NCBI RefSeq assembly: GCF_009914755.1 | Contig: NC_060926.1 | Source: the human T2T-CHM13v2.0 reference genome, Homo sapiens | Length of the DNA stretch: 64,000 bases | Direction: 5' to 3' (one strand) | The notes under the pieces: generated by a model | What the model was told of the DNA's origin: nothing | Database searches by the model: none | Seen by the model: only the letters and a program-made list of their open reading frames with translations | Shown here: positions 41,261 to 53,207 of the stretch, in pieces | Layout of the letters: every line of letters begins with the position of its first letter | How positions within the stretch are numbered: the stretch's first letter is position 1 | Position numbers and translations under genes: made by a program

Positions 41261-42104
41261 ATTTGTGAAAACCACCAAATGTGCTCTAAAATCAATCAGC
41301 CATACATCATAGCCCATTAATTAAACTGCCTCCCTCCTGTCAAGGACCCTAGGCCACAGCTTACCACCTTCTTCAAAATGCTTAGGCAGAAGAGCCCTGC
41401 ATCAAAATACAAACACCTCTGTGTCTGACCAGCAACCTCCTGTCTGCAGAATCTCATGCCATCTCAAGGCATTTTTGTTTGTTTGTTTGTTTGTTTTTAC
41501 TCTTTATATTTCTATGTTGAAGCAAATGAATCACAACATGTTAAATTGCCTGGTAGGCAATCAGATTCCACTACAAAGGTGACCTATTAATAGTTACCTA
41601 GGGGTGACAAATAACAGTAGTTGAAAACATTTCTTCTTTAATCCACCACTAAAATTATTCACAAATTAAATGTTACCAACCTGTCATAATTCTGTGTTGT
41701 TGCATTTAGTTATGTAAAAATTTAAATATTTTAATACCGAACCGTAAATACTGCTTCTAAGTTTTCATGTTAGAATTGCCATTTCTACTTTTGTTACTAC
41801 AAAATAAAGTGTTGCACTTTAATTTTTATGTTTCATAATTTTATGTATGGAATTACATAATATGTACACTTTTTTGACTGGCATATTTTAGTCAGCATAC
41901 TTATATCGTGATTCATCCATGTCAGTTTGTATACCACAAATTTTTAATCTTTTTATAGCTGAGTAGCATTCTATTGTATTGATATGCCACAGTTTATTTA
42001 ACCATTCATCTGTTGATGCACATTTATCTCGTGAAAATATCTAGCAGTGAAATGACTATAATTTTTTTTAATTCACTTGTGAGCTTTAGTAGCTTTTTAA
42101 ATTG

Positions 42105-42300
42105 AGAAGTAGAAAAACTTTCTCTGTTGAGTGTGCAGACAATAACTATTTTAGGCTTTGCAGGAAACAAGATCTCCATCTCCTCCTCTTTTCCTACTCC
42201 TTCTCATTCTTTTTCTTCTCATCTTTTTAGCTTAAGCATCATACAATGCATAGGAAACAGGCCACATTTTATCTATGGGTGGTAGTTTGCCTGTCCTCAC
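42105..42300 (+). mobile_element. MER58-family hAT
   Basis: aaactttctctg...tattttaggctttgcagg...gtagtttgcc. Confidence 0.5.
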
Positions 42301-42354
42301 TGGATTTTCTACCTAAATAATTATATTATTTAAGAGTAAAATAATTACACTTTC

Positions 42355-43756
42355 TGTATTAGTCCATTCTCACACTGTTATGAAGATACTACCTGAATTA
42401 AACTAAAAAGTTTCTGTGCTGCAAAAGAAACAATCAGCAGAGTAAACAGACAACCCAAAAAGTGGGAGAAAATCTTCACAATATACACATCCAACAAAAG
42501 ATTAATATCCAAAACCCACAAGGAACTCAAAAAAGGTCAGTAAGAAGGAAACAAACAATCCCATCAAAAAGTGGGTTATGGACATGAATGGGAAATTCTC
42601 AAAAGAAGATATACAAATGGCCAACAAACATAGGAAAACAAGCTCAACATCAGTAATGATCAGGGAAATGCAAATCAAAACCTCAATGTGATACCACCTT
42701 ACTCCTGCAAGAAAGGCCATAATCAAAAAAATCCAAAAATAATAGATGTTGGTGTGAACGTGGTGCAAAGGGAACAATTTTATGCTGCTGATTGGAATAT
42801 AAAATAGTACAACTGATATAAAAAACAGTGTGGAGATTCCTTAAAGGACTAAAAGTAAAACTACCATTCAATCCAGCAATCCCACTACTGATATCTACCC
42901 AGAGGAAAATAAATCGTTATACAAAAAAGATACTTGCACACACATGTTTATAGCAGCACAATTTGCAATTGCAAAAATATGGAACCGACCCAAATGCCCA
43001 TCAATCAACCAGTGGATAAAGAAATTGTGGTATATATATACCTATGAATACTACTCAGCCATAAAAAGTAATGAAATGATGGCACTCACAGCAACCTAGA
43101 TGGAATTGGAGATCATTATTCTAAGTAAAGTAACTCAGGAATGGAAAACGAAACATTGTACGTTCTCACTCATAAGTGGGAGCTAAACTATGAGGATGCA
43201 AAAGCATACAAATGATACAGTGGACTTTGGGGAAACAGGGGAAAGGGTGGGAGAGGGATGAGGGATAAAAGACTACACATTGGTACACAGTGTACACTGC
43301 TCAGGTGATGGGTACACTAAAATATCAGGAATCACCATAAAAAAACTTATTCATGTAACCAAACACCCTCTGTTCCCTCCAAATGTATTGAAATAATTTA
43401 AAAAGATACCACCTGAGACTGGGTAATTTATAAAGAAAGGAGATTTAATTAACTCACAGTTCTGCATGGCTGTAGAGGCCTCAGGAAAGTTATAATCATG
43501 GCAGAAGGCGGAGGAGAGGCAAGCACCTTCTTATCAAGGTGGCAAGAGAGAGAGAGAGCATGGGGAGGGGAACTGCCAAACACTTAGAAAAACAACAGCT
43601 CTCCTGAGAACGAACTCACTATCAGAATTCTAACAGCATGGGGGAACAAGAACCACCCCTATGATCCAATCACCTCCCACCAGGTCCCGCCCTTGGCACC
43701 TGGGAATTACAATTCAAGATGAAATTTGGATGGGAACAGAGAGCCAGACCATGTAA
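42355..43756 (-). mobile_element. MSTA MaLR solo LTR split by L1PB (pieces 42355-42396 and 43403-43756)
   Basis: tgtattagtccattctcacactg start; cctgagactgggtaatttataaagaaagg continuation; 5-bp TSD ctttc/cttta. Confidence 0.88.
42397..43402 (+). mobile_element. 5'-truncated L1PB1/2
   Basis: gagggataaaagactacacattgg...gtgtacactgctcaggtgatggg; TSD aagatac(t/c)acctga. Confidence 0.88.
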
Positions 43757-44231
43757 CTTTATTTTTTTTTTTCCAATTTCGATGACTTCTACTTGTTTCC
43801 CTTTTCTTATTCCACTGTTTAGAATCCCCAGTACAATGTGGAATACAAGTGGTGACAGTTTTGTCCCTGGCCTTAGGACAAAGCATTTCATGTTTTTCAT
43901 TGATTCCTTGATCATACTGAAAATGTTTTTTTCCAGAAGCAAATTACAAAGACAAGAATGAATGTAACTGTTAACTTTTCTTGCAATTTCTCAGTAAATT
44001 TTGTTTCACATACAAAAATACTTTAAGTCTGTCTTAATGATTTTCAATAAAATTTAAACATTTCTTTTCTAAAGATGTGTGTTTTTTGCCAGTTTTATTT
44101 TTAATTACATGGATTGCTAAAATCTTGTTTTCTATCTATTGCAAATATAGAGATATATAATTATTTTTTATTTGGTTTTCTATTCAAAATTTGTTAATCT
44201 CTCATTGTTTTTAATAACATATCTACAAAAT

Positions 44232-44437
44232 TTGGGGGGCAAGCTATGTACCTGTGTACCAAATCCAGCATGCTCTTTGTTTTTATAAATATTAAAACAC
44301 AACCACAGTCATTTTAATGAATTGTTTATTGTGAAATTTATGTTACAGAGTTAAATGCTTTCTAAAGGGACCACATGGCCCCCCAGAAATCTTAAATATC
44401 TATATTGTTCTTCACATAACATGTTTGTCAACCTCTG
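44232..44437 (-). mobile_element. MER58A
   Basis: gggcaagctatg...ccaaatccagc...gaccacatggccc...gtttgtcaacctctg. Confidence 0.55.
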
Positions 44438-44659
44438 ATGTGGACAATAATATCTACAAAAAACAAGAAACAAAACAAAATACCCCTACAATATTTTTCT
44501 TTTTAATCCTTACACTTTTTAATTATTATTCTTAATATATTGGTTAGGGCATCCAATGTAACATTGAGATAAAAGTATTCATATAGGGTGACTTTGCCTT
44601 GTTTCTACACCATACAGAATTGCTCTCACCCATTTATCATCAAGTATGATTGATTATAA

Positions 44660-46180
44660 TTAGTTAAAAATCAGCTCAACTTTGATCTCTCTTCTCCATT
44701 TTACTAGTTTAGAAGTCATAGACTCTTTTTCTTTTCATCTAGTGTTCACATTAGGGGAATTTTGCAACGTACATCATTTGTTTCCAAATCTAATATCATT
44801 TGATTATAGTTACCCTAACCCTCCTCATGGAAAATGCAAGGATCTTAGATAATTTAATTATTTTTTAACTCTTGCTTACTTATATGCTTTGGTTTTTTTG
44901 CATTCATACATGTAAATGTATCTGCAGATATGCATATGTACTCCCGAACATTGTTTTATACAATAAATCTTGATTTATATTTATCTACATCTTTTAAATT
45001 AAGTTATTCTTTCTCCACTTTGTTTTGTGGAACTTCTATTTGATATCATATTCCCTGCAGCCTAAAGTATGTATTTTAGAATTTCCTTTAGTGCAAGTCT
45101 GCTGATCAAAATTTCTCCTAGCTTTTGTGGCTTTATTAACTTTCATTTGTTAAAAATATTTTTGAGAATTATAAAATTATTCTTTGACAGGTACTTTTTT
45201 CAAACCACTTTAGAGGCCATTCCACTATCTACTACCTTCCATTACTGCAGTTAAGAAATCTGCTGTCAATCAATCTTTCACTCTTTTTTTAAATTATTTT
45301 TTATTTTATTTTATTTTATTTTATTATTATTATACTTTAAGTTTTAGGGTACATGTGCACAATGTGCAGGTTAGTTACATATGTATACATGTGCCATGCT
45401 GGTGTGCTGCACCCATTAACTCATCATTTAGCATTAAGTATATCTCCTAATGCTAGCCCTCCCCCCTCCCCCCACCCCACAGCAGTCCCCAGAGTGTGAT
45501 GTTTCCCTTCCTGTGTCCATGTGTTCTCATTGTTCAATTCCCACCTATGATTGAGAACATGCGGTGTTTGGTTTTTTGTCCTTGCGATAGTTTACTGAGA
45601 ATGATGATTAGAAATCATCATTCTCTTTCACTCTTTTGATTGATTTTTCTTTTTTTCTTTTAGATTTCTTATAATGTTTGTAGGAGTGGATTCTTTTTTT
45701 AATTAAACTTACTTGGATGTTGAATATGTGAATTGGTATACTTTATTTGTTTTTAAATTTCCTTAGACATTATCTCTTTAAGTAATGACTCTGCTTCACT
45801 TCTTTTCTCCTTATCTTCAGTTAAATAAATGTTAGATATTCTCACTTCATCTTCTCTGTCTCCATTTCTCTCTTTTCTAATTTTCAAATTCAGTTGCTCT
45901 GTGGTTCATTGTGTATAGCTTTTTCTGATCTATTTCTCAGTTTACCACTTTCATTTCAAGTGTATTTAACAGGCTAATTTATCTATGAAATTCTCATTTT
46001 TCCCCAAATTTATTATTTCTGTATTTTTAAAGTTGAGTACATTGTATGTAAATTTCTCTTCAAATTTACTGATTCTATCCTCTCATCTCCACTCTATTAC
46101 TGTACCAAACCAGATTTGGTTATTGCATTTTACTTTGGTTATTATTTTTTTAGGTTCTATAAATTCAGTTTGGTTCTTTT
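44660..46180 (-). mobile_element. HAL1/old L1M ORF1-region fragment (interrupted by L1PA3)
   Basis: tttagaatttcctttagtgcaagtctgctg...tgcagttaagaaatctgctgtcaatc. Confidence 0.5.
45288..45623 (-). mobile_element. 5'-truncated young L1 (L1PA3-like) with a mini 5' inversion
   Basis: tatactttaagttttagggtacatgtgcacaatgtgcaggttagttacatatg; perfect 14-bp TSD tctttcactctttt. Confidence 0.92.
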
Positions 46181-46189
46181 TTAAAAAAT

Positions 46190-46430
46190 AAAGCTTGTGT
46201 TTTAGAGTGGATTTATATTTACAAGAAAAATATGAAAATAGCACAGAGAGATTCCATATATCACACACCCATTTTTCCATATTAATATCAAACATTGGTG
46301 TGGTCCATTTTAAAAAATAGACTAATATTGCTACAGTGTTATTAACTAATTCCATACCTTACTGAAATTTTATTAGTTTTCATTTAATTTCCATTTTCTG
46401 TTCCAGAATCCTGTCTAGGGTACTGCTTTG
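46190..46430 (-). mobile_element. L1MC/MD-type 3' end fragment
   Basis: aaaatagcacagagagattccatatatc...ttttctgttccagaatcc. Confidence 0.55.
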
Positions 46431-46739
46431 TTGCTCAATTGCATTTTTGGTTGCGCATTTGGAACTCTTATTAGTTGTTTCCTGTGTCCCATCGACATAC
46501 TGCTATCACCATAGGGTTATCTGGAATACTTTATTGTTTTGTGATAATTAGCTCTGTGCTTAGACCTGCCAGACATCACCTAGCAGGTGGCTCCATGCTT
46601 GGCATACATCACTTAGCAAGTCACTCCATGCTTGGCCCTAGTGAAATCATGGCAGAGTGTATACGTGTGTATGTGTGTGTGTTTGTGTATGTGTGTGTGT
46701 GCGTGCACACGCAGTTTGTTCATTGGTTTTTCACTGGAA

Positions 46740-47075
46740 TAAAGCTGGTATTGCTAAAAAACAAAAAACACTTTTGTTAGACACTGTTTTCTCGTTTTTT
46801 AACTACAGAGGACAGCCTTTTCATGGAATTTTATTTGTCTGTGCCTGTTTGTCATTCTGGGTCAGAGGCCTATGTATTTCCCTGTCCAGGATATATGGGG
46901 AACAACAAGGAAATCCAGGGAACTCATCTCTCTGATGTTCCTCAAGTTCCAAGGCTCCTAGCCATCTCATCTTTGTTCTACATTTAAGAGACTCCCTGTG
47001 CTTGTTTGTTGTTTTCCCAAAGACAGGTAGGACCTGGGAGAAATGGGGCCACTCTATGTTGTCAGGACCAGAACT
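46740..47075 (-). mobile_element. Old L1M 5'-end (UTR) fragment
   Basis: aggaaatccagggaactcatc...gttcctcaagttccaaggctcctagcc. Confidence 0.5.
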
Positions 47076-50000
47076 TCTCTATAACATTTTAAGTTGTGAT
47101 TATTATAATTTTTAATCTACAATTTCTCCAAGATTTTTCAAGAATCCTGTGTCATATTTAATAACTTCTAGTTTGGCACCAACATTTTCAAATTAGCTTT
47201 TGTCTCCATGAGCTTAGATAATGTAGTTATATTACATAATGTTTTGACAATTTCATTATTTGAAGGGCTGTGTATATTTTTTGTTGTCTATTGTTTTTGC
47301 TACTTCTGAATCATAGTTTGTTTTCTTCTCATGTCTTTTTATTTGATGTTGCACTGTTTATTAAATTTTTAAAATATTGTTTGTTAAAATATTTTGAGGA
47401 CTAGGATGATGTTATCTTCCTCCAAAAATGATTTTCTTCTACCCTTTCCAAATACTTAGAAACGCCGATATTCTAGGATCATATTACCAATTGCTTAAAC
47501 CTCAGGGTTTTCTGAGACACAGAAGGACTTCTACTTCTACTCAACCCCTGTAGTGTAACTCCATAGGATCACAGCAGAGGACTGATGGTGGCCCTTCCAG
47601 AGTTCTTAACCAAGGTTTTGTCAGTCCTGAAAAGTCATGTAAAGAACTATTAATATTAAGCTTCTCAGCTGCTTCCTTAAAGTTAGCATATGCTCTCAAG
47701 TTTGAAAGATCTGTCTGTGGGCTTACCCTACTGAGCTCTTGTCCATTCCTGGAGCTTGTTGGACTATTTTGGTAGATCTTAAATGTTTTTGAGTAAATCA
47801 ACTTTATTCAATATTTGCTACATCTTTTAAAAATTAATCTAGCTACTTAGTTTTCCTTAGGAGAAGCAATATTTTAAATTGGTTTTCCATCATAATGCTC
47901 TTATTCCACAAGTTTTGAAAAAGGTTTTTCTTTTTAATTTTTAATTGTATAGAGTTTTTACGTTATATTTTTATTATTAAACTTTAACATATTTACATAA
48001 CAACAAACAAAACTTTGTAACTATTTTGAAATTGCTGAAACTTTATTTCTTAGACTACTTTATGACTAATTTTGATGAGTATTCAGATGTGCTTGGAAAG
48101 AACAAATGGTCTACATTTGTTGGTTACAATATTGTATAAAAGACCATTAGATCAAATCTCTTCGTATTTGTCTCCTGCCTGTTTGCTTTTCTTAATTTTG
48201 AAATTGGCTGTGCATATTCTAACCTTATTATTTTTGTTTGCAACAGAAGGTAGGTCCTAGTACTCAGCTAAGATTTAATACAAATTTTTGACTTCAGTAA
48301 AAGTTGAATTGATTATTGTATATAGTAGATTGAGAATCCAACTTTCTAAAAGAGAATAATTATAACTTCACTTTTACTATTAATTTCAATATATTTGTGC
48401 TTCTTTTGTTGATACATTTTGGAAATTACCACCAAAGAAGATGATATCATTGAACCAATATAAACATTATTCAAAGGTAATAATCTGAAATAAAATAATA
48501 AAGCAAATTATTGAAGTATATGCTGATACTATTCCACTGATATAGGCTTTTGGTCACAATTACAAGCAACTTTCTCAGGCAAGTATTAAGGAATTTAATT
48601 CACCTTCAACTTCATTGTCCAAGTAGTTAGTTATAGAGAAAAGTGTTTCATTACACAAGACATTGGACTTTGTTTTTGCTGAAATTTGATGATTTCACTG
48701 AGAAAAAAAAAACGCTTGGCCAAATTTATATGCTAAAGTAGGCTGTTGATCTTTAGAAATAGAAATGAAAAATGCTAAAAAAAATTAAAGAATCTTAACT
48801 TTATGCAGATTCATGACATATGAGGCAGATAAAATTGAACATCTAAGTAAAATAAACCTGAAGTTTCAAAAGACAAATTTCAGTATGACTTCTCATGTTT
48901 TCAACAGTTTGAGCAAAAATCTAGCTATAGATAATGGGAATTGGTGCTAAAAATAAGTTATATAATTTTTACTTTATGAAGCTCTGAAAAATACATTATT
49001 TCTTCCCAATTTATTTCACAGGAAAAATTAAATACCATGTTCTTTTGCAGAATATAAAGTTACAATTTAGTTTCTTGATCTCATATTTGAAAAATATTGT
49101 TAGAAGCTTGGAAGAAATATTTTTAGATGGTATTTATTTGCAAGAAGATGCTCAAGAGGCATTTGGAATTCAAATGTAACTCAGTTGCCAAACACAACTT
49201 GCAAACTATATTATTTCATAATCATAAAATGCACTCATATATTTTCCCAATAAATAGACAAGGTTTTTTTTGTTTGTTTTGTTTTTTGGCCATTATGCCC
49301 CATAATACTCCTTTTATGTTAACATTAAAAAAAAAAAACAACAAAAAAACAGTGCCGCTCTTCTTTTATGGAGGTTTCACTTTGAAGCCAAAGTGGATTT
49401 ACAAGAGAACGCATTGGAATAAGCCAAAAGTGACCCCATTTAATATGCAACTAGGAGGAAAACTTAAGCCACAAAAGTATCCTCAGTGTTCATATTGTTT
49501 TTATATGAAGGACATTTAACTAAAACTACTTGTAATATGAAAATGGCCATTTCAGTTCATATTTACCATTCTTATTTGTATTTAATCACAGTATTTTATT
49601 TATTTTGAAATGATTTTAAATGTGATTAGAATGGCTTTCCAAAGGAGGCGCAAGCTCTAAAATCTTAATGATTTTACTAAAACTTTTATAATTTAAAGTT
49701 TAAAAGATTTCACTAAATCCATACTACAAGGCAATTTAATACTTTTACAATCTTATTCATAAATAATAAAATAACTCAAAGTGTTTAAGTGAAGATGTTA
49801 TGAAATATAAAGCATAAACATCTCTGAGGTTAGCTGGGAATTATGATTTACACATTAAACATATATTAACAAATTAAAATAAAGTAGAGTTCACAGATAA
49901 ATCTATGAGCTGAATTTTTTGAAGATAATAATTTTGACCATATATACGTATCCTGGTCAAGGAAACAAGAAAAAATATCTAGAACATAGAAATGTAGAAA

Positions 50001-51161
50001 TTACTATGGTAGAGGAAGTAATAAAAAGCAGTATAGTGGAAACCTTGTTCAGTTGTTTACAAGTAAACTTAAACTTTCTATGTAGTGAATAATTACCAAT
50101 TTTTTCCTGGTTCATGATGAAGCAATATATTAAATTTTTGGAATAAAGTGATGTGCCAAAATTACAACATATCTTAATTTTAGTAATTAAGAACTTTAAA
50201 AGTGAATCAATAAACACAAAACTACAAACCTAAACCTAGCAGAAGTGTTAAGAACAAAGGTGAATAATTACTTGATCTAAATTTGAGAGCCTAAAGATAT
50301 ACATGTTATTTAAAGTCATGAAATTTGATGAGGCTCTCTGGTGGAAAAGTGTAGGGTAGAGAAGAAAAGGGATTCCAAAATTAAATCCTGAAAACCCTAG
50401 TATTTACAGAGAATTATAAACCATTAACCACTATGTATAGTGTTAATATATTAATAGTGTAATCAATATTGTAATTAATACTGTAATTATTATTGTAATA
50501 TTAATATTGTAATAACTTTCTAAAATAAGTTCATAGCTATATTATTTTCAGGATCAATGTTCATATGCTCAAATTCCTGCACAGATAAGAAAAAATGGTT
50601 GGGATCAACTGGGCTCTGTGTCTAGCTAGGCTAGTGTGATGAAAGGAGAGAAAAGCCAAAACATTAAGGATTTTTGCAAGTTGAGGATATTTGCAAGAAA
50701 GACTGCCAGTTTCAAAGCAGACCAAGAAATTTAAGTTAGATCTGAAGGAAGACAAAATAGGGTGGACAGATACTGAGAAATAAGTGTGATTACTTCCTTC
50801 CCTAATTCAACTAATATTTATAGAATTTTTATTATGGCTCAGTGTTGGAAAAATCCATTTTAGATGCTAAGTCCACAAGAAATATTAAAAAAATAGAAAA
50901 TAAATGGAAATCTATAAACCAGAAGCCAAGTCTTCAAAAAGAAGAGTTCACCTATGAGTACAATGGTAATAAAAAGAGGGGTAGTTAATATAGCTAAATT
51001 ATTTGAATATCAAAAGAGAAGGACATTTTCCAGAAGACAAGTGGAGAAAGCATTGGAATAAGCAACAGGGATCAAAGAGAATACCCATAATACCTCCTGA
51101 ACCTGGGATGTTTTAGGATGAGAGAGAAAAATAATCCTGCAGCTGAGAAGTCTGTCCGGGA

Positions 51162-51710
51162 TGTTAAATACAGTGAGTTCTAAGTTTCTCTTCAAAGAAT
51201 CAGTATGTCAGTATGTTCAGTTCTTTGTTCTCCATTTTAAAGTTTAACTTCCTCATTCTCTTCATCCCCTTGCTCCTAGTTTCAGTAAACAACCTTCCCA
51301 CTAGTTCTAATCAGTAGTTCACATCTGTTCCCCTGGTCACCTGCTCCATCCTGAGTCACCCCTGGTCACCTGCTCTGACCTGAGTCACCTTTAGTCACTT
51401 GTTCAATAATTTTCTTTGCCCCCAAAACTGCTCACCCTGCCACTCTGGCTCGTACCCCTGCTCTCTTTAAAACAGCCAAATTGGAATAAGCTTAGACTGT
51501 GTGCTCCAACCCTAGCCAATAGGGGAACGCCACAGCAGTAGGGGCTACCTGCAACAGGGATAAGAACCCCTTCCCTTCGCTTGTTCTGGTGTGCTCTTGC
51601 CTTTGCTCCAACCACAAGACACACCCTTCTATAGAAGTAAAATTGCCTTGCTGAGAAAATTTATGTTTGAGTGCTATTTCTTCCACGGCACCAAAAATTT
51701 ATTTCTAATA
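51162..51710 (+). mobile_element. LTR10A (HERV-I family) solo LTR
   Basis: tgttaaatacagtgagttctaagtttctcttcaaagaatcagtatgtcagtatg start; ttgccttgctgagaaa end; TSD ggga. Confidence 0.85.
51330..51397 (+). promoter_or_regulatory. LTR10 AP-1 tandem repeat (two 29-bp units; TGAGTCA at 51352 and 51381, TTAGTCA at 51391)
   Basis: Motifs read directly; regulatory activity is inferred only. Confidence 0.6.
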
Positions 51711-52356
51711 GGGATTAAAACAGGGAAACTTGTTTCACATGAGGCAAGAAGAGAAGAGAGTTTTTGAATTTTAAATTTGAAATAAGAGAGTTTCAAATCG
51801 TGGATACAGATGATTACAGTTTACAGGATGAAGGCTCTAAAGTTTGGACTTGGTTTCTGAAATGTGCAGTGGATGACAGTCACTGGAATCAAGCAGTCCA
51901 GTCACAGTATGAGTCATGCTGAAATTCTCAGGTGACAATGGCATTTGTGGTGGTAGGGAGTCACTGATATGGATAATTAAAACTTGGCTAAATGTGGGTA
52001 AATAACAGGGGGCCTGTAGAGAATGCTGACAAAAAGGCATATAGAATAGTTGAGACAGATGCTGTGGGCCTAAAAGGAGGAGTCAATAGTACATAACAAT
52101 GGAGTGAAAAGTTCTTAAAATGACAAAAGAAGCATGCGAAGATCTGAGTCTCTTTTATCAGCTTTTGTGTACAAGAGACATATAAATGAAGGAAACATGG
52201 AGGAGCAAGAGGGTGTGGGGAATTTACGTAAACCTTTGAGCAGGTAGGAGAGGTTAAGATGGAATGGGGACCGCAGAGTACGTTGTGATAAGCAGTAGAG
52301 AATGAATCAACTGAGCGGAAGTACCAGTCAGCATGCAGTTCAAAGTATAAAGGAAG

Positions 52357-53016
52357 TGTCTCTTCATGTCCTTTGCCTACTTTTCAATGTGTGTGTGTGT
52401 GTGTGTATATATATAATATATATATATAATATATATATAAAAATTTAAGTTCCTTATAGATGCTGGATATTAGACCTTTGTCAGAAGGATAGTTTGCAAA
52501 AATTATCTGCTATTCTGTACATTGTTTCTTCTGATGATATTTTCTTTCACTGTGCAGCAGGTTTTTAGCTTAATTAAATCCCACTTGTCAAGTTTTGCTT
52601 TGCTTTTGTCACAATTGCTTTTGGAGTCTTCGTCATGAAATCTTTGCCCATGCCTATGTCCTGAATGACATTGTCTAGGTTTTCTTCTAGGGTTTTTATA
52701 GTTTTCAGTTTTACATTTTTAAGTCTTTAATCCATCTTGAGTTGATTTTTGTGTATGGCGTAATAAAGGGGTCTAGTTTTAATTTTTCTGTATAGGGTTA
52801 GCCAGTTTTTCAAGCACCATTTATTAAATAGGGAATCCTTTTTCCACTGTTTGTTTTTGTCAGGTTTCTTGTAGATCAGATGGTTGTAGGTGTGCAGTCT
52901 TATTTCTGGCTTCTCTATTCTGTTCTGTTGGTCTATGAGTTCTTGTACTAACACCATGCTGTTTTGGTTACTGAAGCGTTGTAGTATAGTTTGAAGTCAG
53001 GTAGCATAAAGCCTTC
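52357..53016 (-). mobile_element. Inverted 5' part of a twin-primed L1 (ORF2 3' region)
   Basis: Antisense ORF2; ORF 52727-52957 gives LFNKWC..NW; contains an internal (TG)n(TA)n. Confidence 0.85.
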
Positions 53017-53207
53017 CTGTTGGAGGGTGGCTGGTGGGAGGAGAGACGGCATCAGGAAGAATAGCTAATGGATGCTGGGCTTAATACCTAGGTGATGGGA
53101 TGATCTGTGCAGCAAATCATCATGGCACATGTTTACCTATATAACAAAGCTGCACATCCTGCACATGTACCCCTGAACTTAAAATAAAATTTGAAAAAAT
53201 TTTTTAA
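53017..53207 (+). mobile_element. Sense 3' end of the same L1 (L1PA10/11-like)
   Basis: catcaggaagaatagctaatggatgctgggcttaatacctaggtgatggg; TSD a(a/g)agtataaa(g/t)gaag flanks the whole unit. Confidence 0.85.

Noticed and set aside
50430-50515. Degenerate aatattgtaat array (similar tracts at 20240-20320 and 58190-58300)
   Set aside because: AT-rich slippage repeats with no unique spacers; not CRISPR-like.
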